Source of the DNA: an uncultured delta proteobacterium
GTDB taxonomy: Bacteria > Myxococcota > Myxococcia > Myxococcales > Myxococcaceae
Direction: 5' to 3'
Assembly (NCBI GenBank): GCA_963776345.1
Contig: CAVZMH010000016.1
Location: forward strand, 256,001 to 320,000
DNA: 64,000 nt
Part shown: piece by piece, positions 59,568 to 64,000 of the stretch
How positions within the stretch are numbered: the stretch's first letter is position 1
Layout of the letters: each line of letters begins with the position of its first letter
Translations under genes and position numbers: made by a program
The notes under the pieces: model-generated
What the model saw: the letters and a program-made list of their open reading frames with translations, nothing else
Databases searched by the model: none
What the model was told of the DNA's origin: nothing

Positions 59568-62072
59568 ATGGACACCCTACTTCGGGACATCCGGTACGGC
59601 TTGCGAGTCCTCTTGAAGAAGCCGACATTTGCGATCGTCGCGATTCTGACGTTGGCGCTTGGCGTGGGGGCCAACACGGCGATCTTCAGCATCGTGAACG
59701 CCGTGTTGCTCCGTTCACTTCCGTTCCCCGACCCGGACCGTCTTGTCAGGATCTACTTCAACAACCCGGGGGTAGGACTGCGGGGCGTCCAGTTTTCCGT
59801 GCCAGAATTCGACGATCTCAAGACGCGAACGGATGTGTTCGACGACGTGAGTGTCGTCGTTTTCGGCCCGACGAACTTGACCGGTGCCAAACAACCCGAA
59901 CATCTCGAGATGAGCGAGGTTTCTCCCAGCTACTTTTCCATGCTCGGCGCCACTCCAGAACTAGGACGCCTCTTTGGTGACCAGGACTTTGCGCTCGGTT
60001 TCGCGCCCGTGGCCGTGATCAGCGATGCCTTGTGGCGCCGATCTTATGGGGCCGATCCTGGCGTCCTCGGCCGCAGCCTCCGCCTCGATAACGATCTCTA
60101 TACGATTGTTGGTGTGCTCTCTCCCGGATTTCGCAACCCCGGAACGACTTTTCCAGCCGTGGAGGTGTGGATCACCTGCGGATTCAGTGGCGAGCCGTTC
60201 CCAGCGCCGGCGCGTGGCATGCGCATATTGCCCGGGGCAATCGGTCGTCTCAAGCCGGGCCTCACCGTGGCACAAGCTCAAGCGCGGCTCGATGCCATGG
60301 CTGCCAGTCTGCGTCGCGAATTTCCCGGCGATTACCCTTCGCAAGCCAGATGGACGGTCGAGATCGTGCCGTTGCAGCAATCGCTGGTGGGTAAGGTTCG
60401 ACCGATGCTGGTCGTGTTGATGGCTGCCGTCATCTTGATCGTTTGTGTCGTGTCTCTGAACATTGGCAGCCTGCTTCTCGCGCGCGCCTCTGGACGACAG
60501 CAAGAGATGGCACTGCGCGCGGCGATGGGAGCGAGCGGGGGCAGAATGATCCGGCAGATGCTCACCGAATCGCTGTTGCTGGCTTTCCTCGGAGGAATCG
60601 CAGGGGTCACGACGGCGGTGATCACACTGAAAGCCGTCTTGCGATTTGTGCCGGCGAATCTTCCGCGTCTGGGCGAAGTGGACATTGATTGGCGGGTCCT
60701 GGGGTTTGCGTTACTGATTTCGCTGGCGACCGGGTTGCTGTTCGGGCTGACTCCCGCGATCAATTCATCCAAGGCGGGACCTGGGAGCGCGATGCGCGAA
60801 GGCTCGGGCGGCTCGGGCTACAGTGCGAAGACCGGGCGCATGCGCGACGCGCTGATGGTGTCCCAGCTGGCCTTTGCGGTAGTGCTGATGGTCGGCGCGG
60901 GGCTCCTCTTGGAAACGCTGCGCGATCTGTTGCGGCAGAATCCGGGCTTCAATCCATCGCAAGTTGTTACGGCAAATGTCTATCTGTCAAACCCGAACAA
61001 TCCACAGCTCGATTCATATCACACCCTGGCGCAGCAGATCCCGTTCAATCGCGAGCTGCTGCGGCGCATGAACGCGATTCCCGGCGTGGAGCTGGCGGCG
61101 ATCACGTCCAATTTGCCGGCCGCCGACACGGTCAACAGCGAATCGGCGGCGTACGGCGCCACGAATCACAATGCGCTGGCCATTGAAGATCGGCCCACGG
61201 AATCCTCGGCGGATTTGAGCGCGGAAGTCATCCGCATCAGCCCAGATTATTTTCGGGTGATACAAACACCGCTCGTGGAGGGGCGCTTCTTCACCGAGGA
61301 CGATGAAGATGGAAAGTTGCCCGTGGCGATCATCGATGAGGCGACTGCAAGGCGCTACTGGGGCCCCGATGTTGATCCGGTGGGCCGGCGGCTGCGTATC
61401 CGGTTGCGTCTCGGACGGAATCCTGCGAATCCATGGAGCACCGTGGTTGGCGTGGTGAAGAATATCAAGCACGACGGGCTCGATGTCGATGGCGTACCGC
61501 ACGTCTATGTTCCGTTGAATCAATTTGTCGGGCGATCTTTGAGCTTCGCGCTGCGAACTTCTTTGCCCGCGAGCACGCTGGAGACGCAGATTCGCGGCGC
61601 GGTTCAAAGCGTCGATCCGGGGCTCCCGGTATTCAGCGTCACCTCGATGGGCGCGGTACTGAGTGCATCGCTGGCATCGCGCCGGTTCTCGGCGAATCTG
61701 GTCGCTGGCTTCGCAGCGGTGGCCCTTCTGCTGGCTTCCATCGGGATCTATGGATTGCTGGCGTACATGGTGGGGCAGCGGTCGCGCGAGATCGGATTGC
61801 GAATGGCGTTGGGAGCTGGCCGCCGAGACGTGCTGAAGCTGATCCTGCGGAAAGGCGTGGCGCTCGCCATGGCAGGGATTGTCGCGGGCCTCATCGTTGC
61901 AGCGTCGAGCGCCTCGTTCATGGCGATCCTCCTCTATGGCGTCCGGCCAAGGGACCCCGGCGTGTTCATGCTCGTATCGCTGTTGCTGCTCGTGGTGGCG
62001 ATCGCCGCCAGCTACATTCCGGCTTGGCGAGCGACGAAGGTGGAGCCGATCGTGGCGCTGCGGGAGGTCTGA
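59568..62072 (+). CDS. ADOP-type duplicated MacB/FtsX ABC permease (orphan)
   Basis: LRDIRYGLR.L.K.P.F...ILTLALGVGANTAIFS, RQQEMALRAAMGA, GIYGLLAYMV.QRSREIGLRMALGA, PAWRA.KVEP..ALR; alternative start at 59547. Confidence 0.88.
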   Translation: MDTLLRDIRYGLRVLLKKPTFAIVAILTLALGVGANTAIFSIVNAVLLRSLPFPDPDRLVRIYFNNPGVGLRGVQFSVPEFDDLKTRTDVFDDVSVVVFGPTNLTGAKQPEHLEMSEVSPSYFSMLGATPELGRLFGDQDFALGFAPVAVISDALWRRSYGADPGVLGRSLRLDNDLYTIVGVLSPGFRNPGTTFPAVEVWITCGFSGEPFPAPARGMRILPGAIGRLKPGLTVAQAQARLDAMAASLRREFPGDYPSQARWTVEIVPLQQSLVGKVRPMLVVLMAAVILIVCVVSLNIGSLLLARASGRQQEMALRAAMGASGGRMIRQMLTESLLLAFLGGIAGVTTAVITLKAVLRFVPANLPRLGEVDIDWRVLGFALLISLATGLLFGLTPAINSSKAGPGSAMREGSGGSGYSAKTGRMRDALMVSQLAFAVVLMVGAGLLLETLRDLLRQNPGFNPSQVVTANVYLSNPNNPQLDSYHTLAQQIPFNRELLRRMNAIPGVELAAITSNLPAADTVNSESAAYGATNHNALAIEDRPTESSADLSAEVIRISPDYFRVIQTPLVEGRFFTEDDEDGKLPVAIIDEATARRYWGPDVDPVGRRLRIRLRLGRNPANPWSTVVGVVKNIKHDGLDVDGVPHVYVPLNQFVGRSLSFALRTSLPASTLETQIRGAVQSVDPGLPVFSVTSMGAVLSASLASRRFSANLVAGFAAVALLLASIGIYGLLAYMVGQRSREIGLRMALGAGRRDVLKLILRKGVALAMAGIVAGLIVAASSASFMAILLYGVRPRDPGVFMLVSLLLLVVAIAASYIPAWRATKVEPIVALREV

Positions 62073-62115
62073 AGCCACTCCTGACGATCAAACGCCGTAT
62101 CCAAAGGAGTTCGCC

Positions 62116-62496
62116 ATGAACAAGACCGCAATTGCCTCGCCCGAGCTTGCCCCGCCGGTCGGCCCGTTTTCCCAGGGGATCGAAGTCGGTGGTTTCATCT
62201 ACTTCAGTGGTCAGGTCGGTCAGGACCCCGCCAATGGCAAGGTGGTCGAGGGGGGCATTGCGGCCGAGACCGAGCGCGTCTTCCAGAATCTCGCGGCGGT
62301 TCTCAAGGCGGCCGGAAAGAGTTTCGATCACGTTGTGCGCGCCGGTGTGTATCTCACGAGCATGGGTGACTACGCCGTGTTGAATGGCATTTACGCCAAG
62401 CATTTCAGTCGACCCTTTCCCGCCCGTACGGTGATCGCGGTGGCCGCGCTGCCCCTCGGGGCCTGCGTTGAGATCGACCTCGTCGTGAAAGCTTGA
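62116..62496 (+). CDS. RidA/YjgF family enamine/imine deaminase
   Basis: PVGPFSQ, SGQVG.DP, FPAR (conserved Arg), LP.GA.VEI; AAGGAG RBS. Confidence 0.9.
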   Translation: MNKTAIASPELAPPVGPFSQGIEVGGFIYFSGQVGQDPANGKVVEGGIAAETERVFQNLAAVLKAAGKSFDHVVRAGVYLTSMGDYAVLNGIYAKHFSRPFPARTVIAVAALPLGACVEIDLVVKA

Positions 62497-62529
62497 GGCA
62501 ACGCACTCCCGCTCGAACAACCGATCCGT

Positions 62530-63057
62530 ACTCTTCGCAGTAGCGGAAGAGGCGCTCCGGCCCACTCTCCTCGTCGCGTTCGACACGGGGATGTGCAAGG
62601 AGGATGTCCTTGCGCTCCGCTGGGACCAGGTGGACCTCGACGCGGGCACCATCACGCTCGCGCCCGAGGACGCGAGGACGGACGAGCCCCGGCTCATCGT
62701 CCTCACCGCACGCGCGAAGGAGGCAGTCGCCGCTCTTCACGCACCGAAAGCCAACGGCTACGTCTTCCGGAACCCCAGGACGAAGACGCGCTGGGTGGAC
62801 GTGAAGAAGCGGTCCTCCGTGCGGTGAAGGCCGCGGAACTCCACGGCCTCTGGTTCCACGACCTCCGCCGGAGCTTCATCACCCGGGCGCGCAGAGTGGG
62901 CGTCCCGGAATCCGTCGTCATGCGCATGAGCGGGCACCGCACGCGCGCGGTGTTCGAGCGGTACAACGTCGTCGACACCCAGGACTTGCGAGCGGCAGTG
63001 CGCGCGCTCGAGAGTCTTGGGCACGCGCCCAGAAACACCAAAGCCCCACCGTCGTAA
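62530..63057 (+). pseudogene. Tyrosine integrase pseudogene (5'-truncated, frameshift near 62805)
   Basis: DTGMCKEDVL.LRWDQVDL (catalytic R replaced by C); [21 protein letters not shown]. Confidence 0.9.
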
Positions 63058-63072
63058 GTACCGGTGAGGCTT
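63041..63072 (-). terminator. Intrinsic terminator downstream of tRNA-fMet
   Basis: Minus strand reads AAGCCTCACCG-loop-CGGTGGGGCTT followed by TGGTGTTTCT. Confidence 0.6.
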
Positions 63073-63085
63073 CAGGATTTCGGGA

Positions 63086-63159
<74 letters not shown>

Positions 63160-63222
63160 GCGATGTGGCGGTGCTTGTAGCGGCGTGGGGGTGATCCGTC
63201 AAGGCCAATTGGCCGCTCTCGC

Positions 63223-64000
63223 TCACCCCACCGGCCGCTGATCGTCGATCACCTTTCCATCGTTCGGCAGCGCGCCCGCGTCCACCAGCTCCACCTCGGA
63301 CCGGAGCTGGGTCAGCTCCCTCAGGGTCCGCACCAGCGCCTCCGCCAGCCCCGGACGATCCTGCGGTTCCACCTCTGCCCGCAGAGTCATCGAATCCAGG
63401 TCCCCGGGGCGGGTGACCACCAGACGCGCGCGGCGGACTGCCGGATGCCGCCGGCCCAGCTCCGCCACGTGGCTCGGATGGACGAAGAGTCCCCTCACCT
63501 TCGTGGACTGGTCCGCCCGTCCCATCCACCCGCGGATCCGCACGTTGGTTCGCCCGCACGGGCTCTGGCCGGGGAGAATCGCCGAGAGGTCTCCGGTGGC
63601 GAAGCGCAGGAGCGGCGACTCCGCGCTGAGGACCGTCACCACCACCTCCCCCACCTCTCCCGGCGGCACGGGGTCACCGGTGCCGGGGCGAACAATCTCC
63701 AGAATGACCTCCTCATCCACCACCAGCCCCTCCATGGCCGGCGTCTCGTAGGCGATCAGTCCGGCATCCGCCGTCCCGTACCACTGCAGCACCCGCACCC
63801 CGCGCGCGGCGAGGCCCTTGCGAAGCGTGGCCGGGAGCGCCTCCGCGGTCACCGAGGCCCGGGTGAGCGAGGAGAGGTCGAGCCCGAGCTCGGCCGCCCG
63901 GTCGAGGAGGACCTTGAGGAAGGACGGGGTCCCGCCGTAGGCCGTGGCGCGGAAGTGCGCGGCCGCCGCCGCCTGCGTCTCGGTGGGCGCGGTTCCGGCG
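63223..64000 (-). CDS. Phenylacetate-CoA ligase (PaaK)-like AMP-dependent ligase, C-terminal part; starts beyond window end
   Basis: YGGTPSFL, YGTADAG, PLLRFATGD, GRADQSTKVRG, KVIDDQR. Confidence 0.85.
   Translation of the reverse strand, partial: AGTAPTETQAAAAAHFRATAYGGTPSFLKVLLDRAAELGLDLSSLTRASVTAEALPATLRKGLAARGVRVLQWYGTADAGLIAYETPAMEGLVVDEEVILEIVRPGTGDPVPPGEVGEVVVTVLSAESPLLRFATGDLSAILPGQSPCGRTNVRIRGWMGRADQSTKVRGLFVHPSHVAELGRRHPAVRRARLVVTRPGDLDSMTLRAEVEPQDRPGLAEALVRTLRELTQLRSEVELVDAGALPNDGKVIDDQRPVG

Overview
High-GC bacterial DNA, most likely Myxococcota (inferred from gene content; not checked). Three parts. (1) 1-3.3 kb: a polyamine operon (speD, DUF4178, small ORF, DUF350, membrane-type speE). 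(2) 3.4-24.8 kb: mostly exported and envelope proteins, including CHRD, DUF4242, a DUF1592/DUF1552 pair, a HYR lipoprotein, a Zn-phospholipase-C-like protein, MltF, MscS, a 1106-aa patatin and YSC84. (3) About 24.85-63.1 kb: a composite genomic island at the 3' end of an initiator tRNA-Met (63086-63159, minus). It is bounded by an exact 46-bp duplication of the tRNA 3' half (24848-24893) and holds two decayed tyrosine-integrase genes plus an internal att remnant. Island cargo is rich in channels and transporters. It also carries a GH63/gluconolactonase/glucose dehydrogenase/aquaporin operon, paralogous beta-barrel-like proteins and several orphan gene fragments. The most unusual system is a three-gene molybdoenzyme operon behind a sigma54-type promoter. 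It has a PsrA/PhsA-like subunit with no Tat signal, a 4x[4Fe-4S] subunit and no membrane anchor. In place of the anchor is a fusion of a degenerate NuoF domain, a GltD-like flavoprotein and a ferredoxin tail. A second candidate is a set of phospholipase-like domains fused to C-terminal beta-barrel-like regions. All family calls come from reading motifs by eye; no database searches were run.
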